Positions 10,923 through 24,400 of a DNA stretch of 55,097 nucleotides are shown here, in pieces. Origin of the DNA: Pelomyxa schiedti (lineage: Eukaryota > Protista > Evosea). Numbering within the stretch: the first letter of the stretch is position 1; each line of letters opens with the position of its first letter. The stretch is taken from NCBI GenBank assembly GCA_020536535.1, contig JAHLWZ010000141.1, forward strand, positions 1 to 55,097, written 5' to 3'. The notes beneath the pieces are model-generated. The model was not told the DNA's origin and did not search any database. It saw only the letters and a program-made list of their open reading frames with translations. The position numbers and the translations under genes were made by a program.

Positions 10923-12066
10923 TCACATACTGGTTAGTCCTTCCTAGAAGTTATGTTTAGTGTGGGTGTTTAGTGGGAAAGAGTTCTTACCATCTCTAGT
11001 TTTTTCATGAGCTTGGTTGTGAAAGGTGAGTTCTTGTTATTTCTCAGCTCGTTGACGATCCAAGGTATGTCTGCTAGTGGGTTCACAATGTAAGCGGGGT
11101 ACTGTTGCCCTTGGTCAACAATAACCAGCCCTTGTTGTGTAAGCCAGTCCAAAGCCTAATGTTTGTTTCATTAGGGGAAAAGGTGGGGCAAAAAAAAAAA
11201 AGAAAAAAGCAAACATACCCTACTTAAATCATAGCCATATGCCACACAACCAACTTGGGCACAGTATTCCGCGTACTTGTACTAGTTCAAATAAGGGCAA
11301 AATAACTATTCAAGTCACACAATACTCTAATAAGCCCCAGTTCAGCCCGCGTGCCCAACCCCCCCGCTTCTCCCTTGGTCCACATCTTCAGGAAGTTATA
11401 AGCCGTCAAAAATCCGTTGTATTGTGGGACAGCTTCCGCCCCTTGGACGCAAGACGCCATGGTCTGGTGCGGAGGGTAAACTGCGCCCATCCCATAATTC
11501 ACTGGCTGGTTCGTTTGCGTGTAGGTGGCGGCACTGCCGGTTGCAAAGTAACCGGTCGCCGTGGTGTCTGTTCCCGCCCCATAACTTGGGTGCGCGATCT
11601 GCACTCCACCGTGAACTAAAGCCGTCGTCGTGGTCGTGGATGTGGCCGTGGTAGTTGGGGCGTTGTTGGCCGAGGTATCCGCGATCATGGGATGATAGTT
11701 GGCCTCGGGTGACACGTTGCCAGGTGCGCCGGCGTGATTGGCGTCGTGGCTGGTCGGCGTCGAGTACGAGGCATCGGGCACATCGTTGTCTACAGGCCCG
11801 CCCTCGTCGTTGTCTTCGATGGAGTCCTCGGCACCGTTAGTAGCAACAGGGAACCCGCCATGCTGGATTGTGGGAGGTGGCGGTGACGGGGTGTGGGCGT
11901 TGGTGTCGAGGGCGGTTGATGGAGTTATGGTTGGGGGCGCGGGAGAGGCTGGGTCATTGGGGTATGATGTGTCCGGTGACAAAATTGTGGGAGAAAGTCG
12001 TGGCGACAGGGGGTTTCCTTCCTCAAGCACCAAACTCTGGTCCTGTGTGTTATCACTTGTCATCAT
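10923..12066 (-). CDS. Hypothetical protein: disordered Pro/Thr/Asp-rich N-terminus plus a ~110-aa compact C-terminal domain
   Basis: Large first exon, then GT-AG joins giving ...LGLIR|YKYAEYCAQVGCVAYGYDLSR|ALDWLTQQGLVIV...KKLEM|EGLTSM*. Confidence 0.6.
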
Positions 12067-12306
12067 CGGCAGAACATTTAGACGATGAGAGATTGATTCA
12101 GGGAAGAGCATCAAAGCTGCCACCTGTGGTGAATGGACACCCTCCAAAGGATGGCCGCACCAGTCTCAGGTTTTTTCTTCTCTGTCTTCCTCAATTTTGG
12201 GGTCGTTGCAGATCTCGGGCAACTCCAAGTTCGGTCTGTTTTTGTGCACTTTCAGCAGACACAAAGAACAAATTAACAATTCTAACTGCACACAGCGGTC
12301 TAGAAG

Positions 12307-14154
12307 ATGGCCAGCGTAAGTGACTTCGTATTTCAATCCCCTGTTTTCACCTATTCACCTTGATTCAGCCTTTGAACGTGCACGTGTTCATCATTGACGC
12401 CGTTGATCTCATTGCTGGCGATCGCGACGGCTCCACTGCTCCTTACGTTATTCTGGTGTGTAATTATGGGAGCCAATGCGTGTGCACTGAGTGGCACTAA
12501 CTACTTGTTAATTATCCTCCCTGACTTTTGGCTATACTAAATAGAAATATGGTGACAAAAAAAGTAAGAGGCCACAGACAAAGTATTTGCGCAAGTCGTG
12601 GCAATCGAGGGAACACGCAACGGTTGGGTCTCTGTTTGATGAATTACTCTCTTATTGTTTTTGTCAATAGTGGAATGAAAGTTTCGCATTTCGTTACGAT
12701 CCGAACTACAAGTTCATCAAGTTCTCTTTGATGGTGTGTTTGTTTGTTTGTTCGAATCCTTTGTATTAACAGGGCGGGGGACAGGATAAAGATCAGTTTA
12801 AAAGAGATGATAAACTAGGTTGCTGTATACTCACCCTTGTCTGCATTGAAAATAAGTGGCAAGAGTTTATCCTGCGAGTGAAAGTATATCATCTTTCGCA
12901 ACCTTCATGGTAATCATATACAGAAAGCTGAATCTGGGCTTCTTCATGTGATGGTCAAATTTTCCACCTGTCTGAAGGAAGCTCCACCCACACCTGCACA
13001 AGTTCTCGCTAAAGGAACTCCAATTATAGAAAAAGTCACTCAGGAGTTATCAAGGTCGAAGTCTAAAAGTACCGCAGCTTCCACCGAATTTGCAATATCA
13101 GCGCCTCAAAGCTGTTCTCGTGTGATGCACTTGGGGTTCTCCAATGAAGGAACTTTTGAAGTACCCGCTTCCAATAGATGTACTTCGTTGACGAGGTTTT
13201 TTTTGTATAGGCAGAAGGACTGTCTGAAGAATGGAAAGCTTGGCTAAGAGGGGTTGGTGTAAAGAGGAAACACATGGCAAACCCCGAAAAGAGGAGGGCA
13301 ATATTTGAGGTTCACAATATCCTTTCTTCTTAATCACCTTTCCAACGAATTTCCCAAGGTGATATTCAAAGCCATGGTGTCAAGTGATCCAGCTCTACAG
13401 CCCCCAGTGAACGTCTCTTCAGCAACTCCAAGCGCCACTGCAACACCAGCAACCACCCCAACGCCATCCCTTACCCCTACCCCTTCAACTCATACTCCCA
13501 CAGCTACCACTGTTGCATCTCCCGAACCACCGCCTACTCCTGCCAGACCCACACAGCCGCAACAAAACCAATCCACTCACGCAGAGCAACCAATGCCCCC
13601 GGTACTGCCTGCCCGATCTGAACCCCAAGTGAGCCCCCCGGCCCTTCCCCCAAGGAACCTGGATTCCCGCCCACCAACCACAGCTACAGCTACACCTACT
13701 GCTACACCTACTCCCGCTGCTACTCAAACAACCCAGGCCCCACCGCCTCCCCCGCCTCCGCCCATGCATCCTCCTGCTACCTCTGGAGGAGCTCCGCCTC
13801 CGCCGCCCCCGCCGCCGGCCCGGGCTTCTATGGTATGCACAATCCCCCCCTTGTTCTGTCCCGGTTCTCCAGGAATAACCGCATAACACACAAAACAGAT
13901 TGAATCCACTTCTGGTGGTGGTGGAGGAGGGGACCTTGCTCAACAGATACAAGCAGCCAAGTTGAAGTCAGCCAGCGAGAGGCCGCCTCCGCCGCCGCGG
14001 GATTCCCCTGAAGGAGCTGAACTCGTGAGGCGAATCATGAGTGTCATTCGTCCTGCTGTGGTATGCACTGTGTGATTTGTAAAGGGAATACTAACAACAA
14101 ATGCCTCAGGGTGACAGCTCCAGTGAGGACGACGACGGGGCATGGGACGACTAG
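12307..14154 (+). CDS. WASP-like nucleation-promoting factor with architecture C2 - CRIB/GBD - Pro-rich - WH2 - C - A
   Basis: Spliced C2: LNVHVFIIDAVDLIAGDRDGSTAPYVIL|KYGDKK...|WNESFAF...DDKLG...GLLHVMVKF. GBD: ISAPQSCSRVMHLGFSNEGTFE|AEGLSEEWKAWLRGVGVKRKHMANPEKRRAIFE. Poly-Pro tracts. WH2: GDLAQQIQAAKLKSA. Tail: ELVRRIMSVIRPAV|GDSSSEDDDGAWDD*. Confidence 0.85.
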
Positions 14155-14340
14155 ACCAGAATCCCAGATCCAGTGGTGGAGGATTTTTTTACGCAAAACC
14201 CTTCTTTATTCGTCGTGTCAAATTTTTATGGAACCCGAAACTTCGAACTTTCCGTTGTAGAGCGGAGTTTCTAGAAAAAACCGTAACTACCCGGTAGGTG
14301 GGACAGGTCGTTGTGTTGTTGGAGGGCAGATCAAGGAGAG

Positions 14341-17300
14341 ATGAGGAGCATACTGGTGGACAGACTTAAGATGTGGTTTGGGTCACTGCTCCTTTTGATT
14401 GGAGTAGTGTGTGCGGTCGGGGGTTTTGTTGCTGGAATAGGCTTGTTGGTCGCGCGAGAGTCGCTGCCAGATTGGGTCCCATCTTCGATGCCTTTCGCTA
14501 TGTAGCGTTTGCTTTTTTTTCCTGTGACGAGCTGGCATTGTGGGTTCATACTGACTTTTTTTTCATTGTTATTACTAGGTTTGTTGTTTCTGGGGCGGGG
14601 TTTTTGTACATTGGCCACCCCGTTGCCTCTCGGATTAAGGGCTCAAATTGCTTGCTAAGGAATGAAAAACCTAGTGACCATTCGTTGGGATTTTATGCAA
14701 CACCGCCAGAGGGAAAAGCCTGGAACAACATATCAATTGCTGATGTAAGGTAAACAGAGAGTGGATATTATAACTGAGCCATTGTTCCCGCTTCATGCAG
14801 GCTCTCAAGATATTGGAATCAGATAAAATAGTGGGATTACCACACGTGGATGCCATGTCCCGACTTGCTCAGTGTGGCCCAAACGTGATTTTCCCTGAGA
14901 AAAAAGCTACTACAGCTTTGAGTGCCTTTTTGTTGATGTTTCTAAAAGAGGTCCATGAACCAACACAGGTTGGCCCATTGTGAGGTACTCTAGCAAAATG
15001 GTAACTCACTCACAATAGATTCTTCTCCTATTAGTGGCTGTGCTATATTCCCTGGTGGGTGAAGTTGGAGAAGCAATATTTGCACTAAGTATAATATGCC
15101 TCATGATGATGTGTGAAGCCTTAACTGAATTCAGAGCTAAAAGAGCTGTGCAGAACCTTGGAAAAGAAGAGCCACAATTCGCTACTGTCATTAGGGAAGG
15201 TGAAATGAGCCGAATACTGCAAAAACAGGTCGTTCCTGGAGATCTCGTATGCCTGCAGCCTGGCTTTTCGGTGCCAGCTGATGCAATTCTCTTAAGCTCA
15301 TGGGATTTAGTTGTGGATCAATCGGCTATAACGGGCGATTCGGTACCCGAGTCAAAACATCCCATTGACAGTGGAAGTGACACCGAGACTAACTTTGTGC
15401 ATGCGAGTACGACCATTTTCAGGGGAAAAGGGAGAGCTTTAGTGGTGACAACTGGAAGCAAAACTCTTGTTGGCTCTATTGCTGCTACCGTTGACGATCA
15501 GCATAACCGCAAACAGCCCCAAACTCCAATGCAAAAGCAGCTTAAAACACTGGCCCTTATCCTTAGTGGCGTGGCTTTACTCTCTGCCATCTTAATAACA
15601 GTACTGGGAATTGTGTCCCACTTGTACTGGAAGGACATTCTCTTGACTGCCTTCGCAATTCTCTTTGCTACAATACCGGAGGAACTACCTATACTCGTTG
15701 TCGCTGTGCTGGCTGTGGGCGCACAGTCTCTTTCTAGGTCTCAAATTTATATCAAAAGAGTAAGAGCCATGGAGTCTCTTGCATTTGTGGACACTGTGCT
15801 GACTGATAAGACTGGAACTCTTACCACAAATAAGCTCTCTTTGGTGCGCGTGATCCTGCCAGAGCAATCTGGAGGGTTCCACACAATAGAAATGAAATTG
15901 AGTACAAGTGGGACCGGGGATTCTTCGGATTCTCAGCTTGACAATCAGAAAGTGGACTCTTACAGTGGACCTCTTCACCACTTATTTAGTGCCTGGTGGC
16001 ACTTCGTAGTTGACCCGTCTTCTACAGAGTGCCAGGTGTGGTTGGATTCATTTGACACGGCAGTGAACAATGCACTACGCGAACTGCAATTTCCTGGAAA
16101 AGAAACTCTATGCAAACCCATTTCGGGCTCCCTTACACAAGAATCACCCTTTGATCCTGCGAAAAAAATTACCACAAGAGAGTTCCACAATGACAACCAA
16201 GATATTACACTCTATGCAAAAGGTGCGCCAGAGGCTGTGCTTGAATGGTGTGCAATCCCAAAAGGAGAGGAAACGGCACAACTTGTAGAGGCTGTTAATG
16301 CTTCAGCATCACAGGGCGAGAGGGTAGTTGCCTTTGCGTTAAAATCCTCTTCAGTGCACCCAGATAAGGATCTACCTCCTCAAATAGTGGGAATGTTTTG
16401 CTTTGATGACCCCCTCGTACCATTTGCCGAACAAGCCGTGTCACAGTGCATCGATGGCTGTGTGAGAGTTGTAATGGTTACTGGGGACCATCCTAATACT
16501 GCTGGGGCTGTTGCATCCAAAGTAGGGATCACTGGTCCCGTTGTTAACTGTGGTGAAAAGGGCAGTGACTCAGAATGGGTGAGTGAGCTTGTGCCAAATA
16601 CTGGTGCCTTTTCTCGAGCTACACCTTTTAACAAACTGGCCATTGTAGAAAGATTTCAATCCAACGGAAATGTTGTGGCAGTAACTGGAGATGGCGTAAA
16701 CGATGCCCCTGCACTTGCAAGAGCAGATGTTTCCATTGCAGTTGCGAATGCCACTGATATAGCCCGCGAAGCCAGTTCCATGGTTGTTGTTGAGGGTGGA
16801 TTTCCATCTGTGATATCTGCCATGAGGGAAGGGAGGAGACTGTACAATAACTTACTTATGGCACTTGTGTTTTACTTGGGATGTAAACTTGGGGTAATTA
16901 TAATGTTTGTCGTGGGAGTCTTATGGCAAGGCTTTCCTCTCACACCCACGCAATTAATTTTGACAGAACTCTTCATGGATATTGGGGCAAGGTACTGCAT
17001 TTCCGTTGAAAAATTTCAAACTTATACCCAAATAGTACAAGCTTTGTTGCCGAGTCCGCCAGTGGGGATGTAATGAAAAGACCACCAGCAAGAAAGACGA
17101 ATATGCCACTAAGAGGACTTGCTCCTTGTCTCCGTATCATTGCTATCGGCTTGAGCTTAGCCCTATGCGTACTTGGCGGATTTACTGTGGGATTCCTGTC
17201 AGATCATGGTACTAACACAGGAAGCATGTCAAGTTCAAGTTCCTCCATCTCAAGTCTATGGCGGCTCTCATCTTTTTCATTCACTTCCGCATCATCCAGT

Positions 17301-17717
17301 ATTAATGCCGGCCAACCGGAACTCTCCATTTCCAAGGCACAAAGTATGGCATTTGCATGCTGGCTGAGTGGCCACTTCCTTCTCGCTTTCAACTCGCGCA
17401 CAGATACACTCCCACTGCTGAGGCACCCCACTTGCCTCTGGTCAAACAAAATCATCCTAGCCTGGGGCGCCGGCGTGGTACTCGCCGGAATTCTCATCGG
17501 AACAGTTCCGTGGGTGCAAACCGCGATCGGTTTCACCCAGCTTGGCGCCGCCGGCTGGATTACATCACTGGTGATAGCGGCCACAACCACATGCTGGATG
17601 GAGATTGCCAAATGGGCGCACTTTGTATCACCGAGACTGGCCATGCACACCTCCCGATACAATCGATACAGGCCATTCACAACGACGCCCCTGGAAATGC
17701 AGTCTCTTGGGGCTTGA
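14341..17717 (+). CDS. P-type cation-transporting ATPase (P2-like, prokaryote-type TM motifs)
   Basis: DKTGTLT phosphorylation site, TGDS (TGES variant), KGAPE, MVTGDH, GDGVNDAPAL; TM4 ATIPEELP. Intron 16992-17035 joins ELFMDIGA|STSFVAESASGDVMKRPP, linking ORFs 15034..17073 and 17073..17717. Two upstream introns add the GLPHVDAMSRLAQCGPN N-domain and an N-terminal hydrophobic segment. Confidence 0.92.
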
Positions 17718-17936
17718 AGGGGCAAAACGCGTTTCGTTGACTTTTTTTTATCAGACAGTCCCGGGTTTTCGTGGAACCATAGATCTCAAAGCAAATCAAC
17801 GTACGTAGAGACATTTCTTCAAATTTATTTCGCGCCCGTTTATCCCGGAAATGGCCAAATGCCAAATTGACTGTTCCTTCCGCATGTCAGAAACTGCAGT
17901 TCAGTCGATTTTAAAACAACCAAAACGCAAAACGAA

Positions 17937-20900
17937 ATGGAACCAACAAGCACACAACAGGCACCCCAAAGACTACAACAAGAACAGCAGGAGCAACTAC
18001 CACAGCAACAGAATGAAATGTGCAGCGCAGGGGTACTCGTGGAGGTAGCAGGTTCGAACCTGGGTACCTTCAGAAAGGACAACGAACACCTCGTTGGGCT
18101 GTGCGATTCCGGTGTTCTGGTCAGGAACTTCGTCTCAAAGGCTGTGATCGACTCACGTCGCAGCAGCGCCAACAGCCTGTTGTTCCAACACATACCTTCG
18201 AAGGATCACCACACAGACCCTCATATATCACACCTCAAGGACCAGTCTCTGAGAGGAAGCCGCTGCAACAGCGCACAGCAGATAAATGTCGATCATTCTG
18301 GAAACCCACAATTGGAATCGGGGAGCCCTAGAGAGACCGAGAGTGATGGCGACAGTGGGGATGACATCGAGGTGCTGAGGGTAAGGACCTCACGTACTGT
18401 CGGTGCCCTTGAGGGCCAGGATTCTGTGTCCGTAATTATGGGAACTCCGCAGAGGCCTCTCTCCCCTTCTTCTCCTTCTAGAAGGAGGATTCATGTAGTT
18501 GTATCACTTCGGACTGTACTTTTATGTGCCAGTATATCTATTCTGGCTGTTTCTGTGGTGTGTGCAGTTGTCCCCTTGTCAATTGGCTGGATGAAAACAA
18601 TGCAAAACCTGAGCAAGACTGCTGAAAGCAGCTTGGATACAGTATTTTTCCTTACCATTCTTTGGTTCTCCCTTCCTTTGACAAAAAAAATCAAAAAAGG
18701 AATTGGCTGCGCTGCGTACTTCTGTTGTCACATGGGCCAAAGGGAATATTACCTCCAAGTTCAAGGAACCAGTTTGTGTTGGGCTGGGTGAGGCTTTTTC
18801 TAAACTAAAAAAAGGTGGACATTATAAAGCAATTTCAAACTAGTTTGATGACGCAAATTCATCTGCTGGAACAGCCTCTGTTGATACAAGACAATCACCT
18901 GCCAATGCACCCTCTTATAAAGCCTGTTTTTGATGTCTTCTCCAAGGACTTCAGCAATTTTGTACACCTCAGTCTATGGAATCTCAACTTCCTCATATAA
19001 CTACAGAATTTGGGATGGAAAAATTCAATTGGGGAGCATGTAATGTCGGTTCAGAAGGATCTGTTTGGCCTCTTTGATGAGGCTTTTTCCAGCAATGTAA
19101 CTTATCTTATGTACAATGGAACGACCCCAACAACAAAGCGGGCCAGTAAAGTAACAACAAACTACAACCTACGTGACAGGCCATGGTGGTATGAATTTAA
19201 AAAAAAAAAAAAAACCCCTAAAATAATAAAGGGTTACTGCCTGTGCAAATGATGCGGACCTAGTATGGACAGACATCTACCTTTCTGTAATTATGCAAGT
19301 AAATGTCATTTCACTCACTGTCAAACTCCGTCCAACATCCCTGTCTGTGGCCCCTGTGATGCAAACTACAATGGCACTATATGGGCTGGCTCAATTTTTT
19401 TCAGAATGGAATGCAACTTCGCACGGAAGTGCCTTTCTGATGGACAACCGTTTGAATATGGTTGCAGGAACAAAAGGAATAACAGTTCAGGACAGCAAGG
19501 GTGCAATTCCGGCAAACATATCCTCGGTGTCAGCAGTGGTAGATGAAGTAAGCTTTCATTCTTATTCAATCAACTCACTATTTGCCTCTTAGTGGCTCAT
19601 CTATACTGGAGGACAGAAAATTGCTACTAGCTTTATATTTAATGACTCCATTTTTGTGGATGTTACACCAATTGAAGAAGAGGCTGGCCTCCTGCTATGG
19701 CTCGTTCTTCTTACTCCCTCAGAGGTATTCTTGGATTTATGAAAATGGGAAAATGTCTTACAAGAACAAGGATTTCATGGGGGACTTGGTTGCTGAGAAT
19801 AAGGATTCACTTGCGAATGCTAGACTGTGGATGGGGATTGTGGTGTCAATTGAAGCTGCTCTTGGGGTTCTTGTATTTGTTTTGGGACTCATTTTTGTTG
19901 CTGTCATTGTTCATCCCCTCAGGTGAGGTTTCTTCTTCTACTCTTCTCAGGTGACTTGACTTTTCTTGCAGAAAAGTTGTTGGCCAACTTAAACGAGTTT
20001 CAGATGGGGACTTGGATGCGGCCTCAGTAAAATCTGGAACTCAGAGCAAAGTACTCGAGATATCAGAGGTGGTTCTACCTCATTGTGATTTGAGTTAATA
20101 ATTCACCCCACAGCTTGAGGCTCAAGTCCTTATTATGAGAAATGCCCTTGACTCATTCAGCAAGCACGTTATATTACTTCTTCTGCCTCCCCTTACTCTA
20201 ACAGGTACATCCCCTCTGATGCAGTGAAGCACCTGTGCCGAAATAGCATGATAGCCGAAGTTGGGGTTCATAAGCGCTATTGCACCATTTTTTTCCTCGA
20301 CGTGTCAGAATTTGTACTCTCCTTCTTATTTGTATGTAATTTCTTATAAACCCAAGACCAAAATGATGGATCAATATGGAAGTTCCACAGTCATTCCAAT
20401 ACTTCACAACCTCTTTGAGCGGTTTTCGAATGTGCTTGCACAAAATAAAGCAGTAATTGATAAGGTAGTTACCAGCGCTACTTTATGTAACTAACTCCCT
20501 GCATAGTACATAGGGGATGCAATCATGGTCAGTAGCCCACTCTCGATATCAAAAAAAAGTAACATGATCAACATCCACAGGCTGTTTGGGGTGCTCTCGA
20601 TAATTTGGATGGTGCAGAAGGCCTTGCCTGCCGCGCTGCCCTTGAAATTTGTGAAGTACTGGAAAAGGAAAACGTACAGTATCAAAAAAAACTTGGGCTC
20701 GAAATCAAGATAAGGATTGGAATTCATAGCGGATTGTGTTGGTCAGGAAATGTTGGCTGCTCCCATAGACTTAACTATACTGTACTAGGTGGGATAATTC
20801 CCCCTCATGGTTTCTACCTTGAGTCTCCTTATTCCTAAAAAGGGAACTCTGTGAATCTGGCAGCAAGGCTGGAACCACTAAATAAAGAATTAGGGAGCAC

Positions 20901-21312
20901 TATCTGTGTATCCAGTGCTATCCGAAATGCATCCAAAGGGTACACTTCTATCGCGCATTTCCCTTCCACAAACCAACAACATATTCTTGCATTCCTACAA
21001 CTAGGTTTGTATTCAGAGCTGTTGGAAGTTGCCCCATTAGAGGCTTTGCAAACCCGGTTTTGTGTCACGAGCTTCTTGGAATGCAAGAAAAGTTACCCCA
21101 AAAGGCTGAAAATATAGCCAAAAATTTTGGTTTCATTGACGAGGCTTTGATGCAAGGTCTGCCTTTGGAGAAAACATCCCTGTCTTCCTATCTGGAACAG
21201 AACAAATCAGATTTGGTATGTTGAGATCCCAACATTAAGATATTTCTGTCTAATTTTCCCAAAGGTGGCACAGAGACTACTTGCGTTACTAGAGCAGAAT
21301 AAACTATTCTGA
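17937..21312 (+). CDS. Receptor-type class III adenylyl cyclase (TM - extracellular/Cache-like - TM - HAMP - cyclase), multi-exon
   Basis: CTIFFLDVSEF (metal Asp), VIDK|YIGDAIM (Lys = ATP-specifying), IRIGIHSG, RLNYTVLG, VNLAARLE (catalytic N/R). Two TM helices, then a HAMP-like LKRVSDGDLD segment. Confidence 0.88.
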
Positions 21313-21418
21313 AATCCCATCTGTTTGGGTGCCGATTGTTTTTATGCACATAGTCTACATAAAAAAACCATTAAGAAACTGCATTGCATTTTCTATTCCA
21401 AACAAAAGTTCCTACAGT

Positions 21419-24400
21419 TTAGAAGCACTTGCGGTGCACAATAGAGGGGCCAGACTCTTGGGCATCAACCCATGCTGCTTCATGATCCACAACAAGAGTT
21501 TCCACCTCTTTAGTGAGGGCATGATCCGGTCCAAAAACAGCTGTCCTTATTTCTAGTGCCTGCTGGTATCTTGGGTAGTAATCGTCAGCAGAGCGGTCAG
21601 CACAGACTTCGCAGTTGGCAAGGTTTACTAGGTCTGATGCAACTGTCGGGTGCTGGTCCCCATAAACCCTCGTGTTGATATCCAGTGCCTGGTTGTACAG
21701 GTCGATGGCCTTGGCTAGTTCCAACCTCTTCTTGTGTATGTCAGCTAAGTTGGTGTATGCAATTGCTGTTTTCTCGTGGAGATATCCTTGCAACTTCACT
21801 CTGAGCTCCAAGGACTCATTGTAGAGTGCCTCTGCTTCTTCAAGTTTCCCCATTGCGTAATACACCTAGATGTGTGTAAAGGAACGTGAAAAAAAGGAAA
21901 CAAGAACCTGTCCAATGTTCAGAACTAAGTTAGCCACTTCGACATGTTGGTTTCCGTACAATTTCTTAACAATTTTGAGAGCCTCCTGGTACAAGGGAAG
22001 GCTGTCCCAGTATCTCTTTCCGTGATGCAAATGAAAACCAGCGAGATTATTGAGGCTGCAGGAAGCGTTTACTAAAAATATTCAGCAGGGAGCAGTACCT
22101 GAAAGCGATCAGAAGTTCTGGGCACCCTTTAGTTTTCTTTCTTATCTGTAATGCAGCAGTATAATGCTGAAGAGCAAGATCAATTTCTCCTTTTCGCTCG
22201 TAGAGTCTTGCCAAAAGGTTGACTGCGTACGCATGTGCTTGGGTATTTCCATAGTGCAACTATCAATGGAGAGTGAGATCAATTTTTTTCACTCTCAAAT
22301 ACATTGGCACTGAGAGCTTTTGAACGAGTCGTAAATTCCTTGCTTTCATCATACTGAGCGACATAAAAGAGTAGCTCTCCAACTCTAAAATATCTCATTG
22401 CCATTTCCTCTTGTGGAATGTCGGGTGGCTGCATTAGGGATCAAATTAGCGAAGTGACTGAATTAGTTCGGAAGAACCATTGAGTCCAGTGTTTTCTGGT
22501 ATAGTGCTGCCATTGGAGCTTCGCCAGCAGAATGCCACAAGTTGTACAGTGTATACTTTCCCTCCTCTGTGTACCAGTAATCAAATACTTCCCAACGCGA
22601 AAGACATTTTGCTAATCTTGCTGTTTCCCCCATTTTCTGGTGCAAGATGAAAATCGAAAGGAAGACACATCTCTGACCTGCAAAACTCCTGGTAAAACAA
22701 CTGCTCGCCTCATGGGGTCCACGTCGTCGGAATCAAAGAGTGTGGCAACGAGTCCCAAACTTGTTGGAGGAAGACTTTGTCCAATCTCTAAATCAGATGT
22801 CAGTTAAGTGTCGCGCTATAATAATACCTGAAGCATATGTTTGATGAGCAAATGATAGTGAACTTCCTTCAGAGGTTTTCGCCAGGAAAATAGCAAGTGC
22901 TTGCCTATAGGAACCATGAGAAAAGGAGTCATATGTTGAAGGAAACCTGATAGTTGCAAATTCGGAGTTTGATGCCCCAAGTGATAATTGCATTTCAGGC
23001 TCATATAATTCTGATTAGCATTGAATTAGATTTAAGTGCAGGAAGATCAAAGAGAGACCTGTGGGGCAATGGGCAAGTATGCTCAAAAAATTATTTACGG
23101 TTTCTGCCCCGTTTTCGTTCCTTATTCTTCCAATGATTTGGTGAATTAGTTGTTGTAGTGTAGGTTCCAGGTGTTGAATAAAGTTGGTGACCTTAGAAAG
23201 TAAGCCCCATACAATCCTTGAGCAGAGAAAACCTCTTCAAATATGCCAAAAACTCTCAACTCTTCGCAGGCTAATTCCAGGTACAGTGGGTTTGATGCAT
23301 CGGCTTTTTCGCATAAAAGCGCCATCTATACATAGAGGTAGCTTGAATTATAAGTGAGAGGGAAAACCTGTTGAGGATCGAGTTGTTTGTTAATTTCTTG
23401 CAATCGTGCGTTGATCAAGGTCTCAGGTTTACATTGAGGAACGTCAAAGGACCCATTTGAGAACTTGTGCAAAGAGAAATCAACCCGAGTAGAGGTAAAA
23501 AGTAACGACACATTAGTCCAGATCTGGAACCACCAGTCTGGAACGGGATGCTGAAAATCAATTAGAGGGTACTTGGATATTGTTATCTCACTTGGGCACT
23601 CTTGAGTGAATTCAAGTCATCGACACATAACAAGAATTTCTTGGGCGATTTTTCTAACTTCCTAATCACAGAAAGAGCAAGTGCATGTACAGAATCCTCA
23701 TCTTGTCCACTCGTCTTAACAGAACCCCACTCCTAGGAAAGTTACATTTTAAAAAAGAGATGTATTGCAACCATGCAAATGCGCTTCAGTAGAGATAAAC
23801 TTGTGTCAGAACCTGAGCCAGCACCAGAAAAGTGAATTAACACTTTCCAGCCAGGGTCCTGTGAAAGTTTAACCTCTAAACTACTTATGTTTTTGTACCT
23901 TGGTGAAAGCCTTTGCAACCTCAGCTAATAATGTGGACTTCCCTGAACCGACAGGTCCCTCGAGCTTGCAGCTAATTGGGTGCTCGTTCTTCATGTCGTC
24001 TTGTATCTGAGTTACACATTCCCCAAGATTAACAGCTAACGAAGTGAGTCCAGTGAAGTACTAAATAAATTATTACTTAGACGAGTTTTATTTTCAAACT
24101 GAGCAAGGTGAGGAAGTTTGGCAAGTAAAACAGGATCGGGAGGTGCAATATCATCCGGGTACTGGGCAGCAATAGCGCTTTGGAGAGAGTTCAACACCTA
24201 AATATCCATTACAATTACGAGTGGAAAAAGTGTGGAGCAACAGTTGATTCAAACGCGGTCAAATTGGTCATAACGGGTTTCCCATCTGCTCCAACATGAG
24301 AAAATTGGGATGTATACTCAAAGCAGTTGGAAGGGAACCAAAATTTCACCTAGTTGTCCGTTTCACAAGAATTGCACTTGCGTGTTGTGTACCTTTCTTT

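Noticed and set aside
17828-17835. E2F-like TTTCGCGC upstream of the adenylyl cyclase
   Set aside because: A single 8-mer that does not recur at other promoters here; could be chance.
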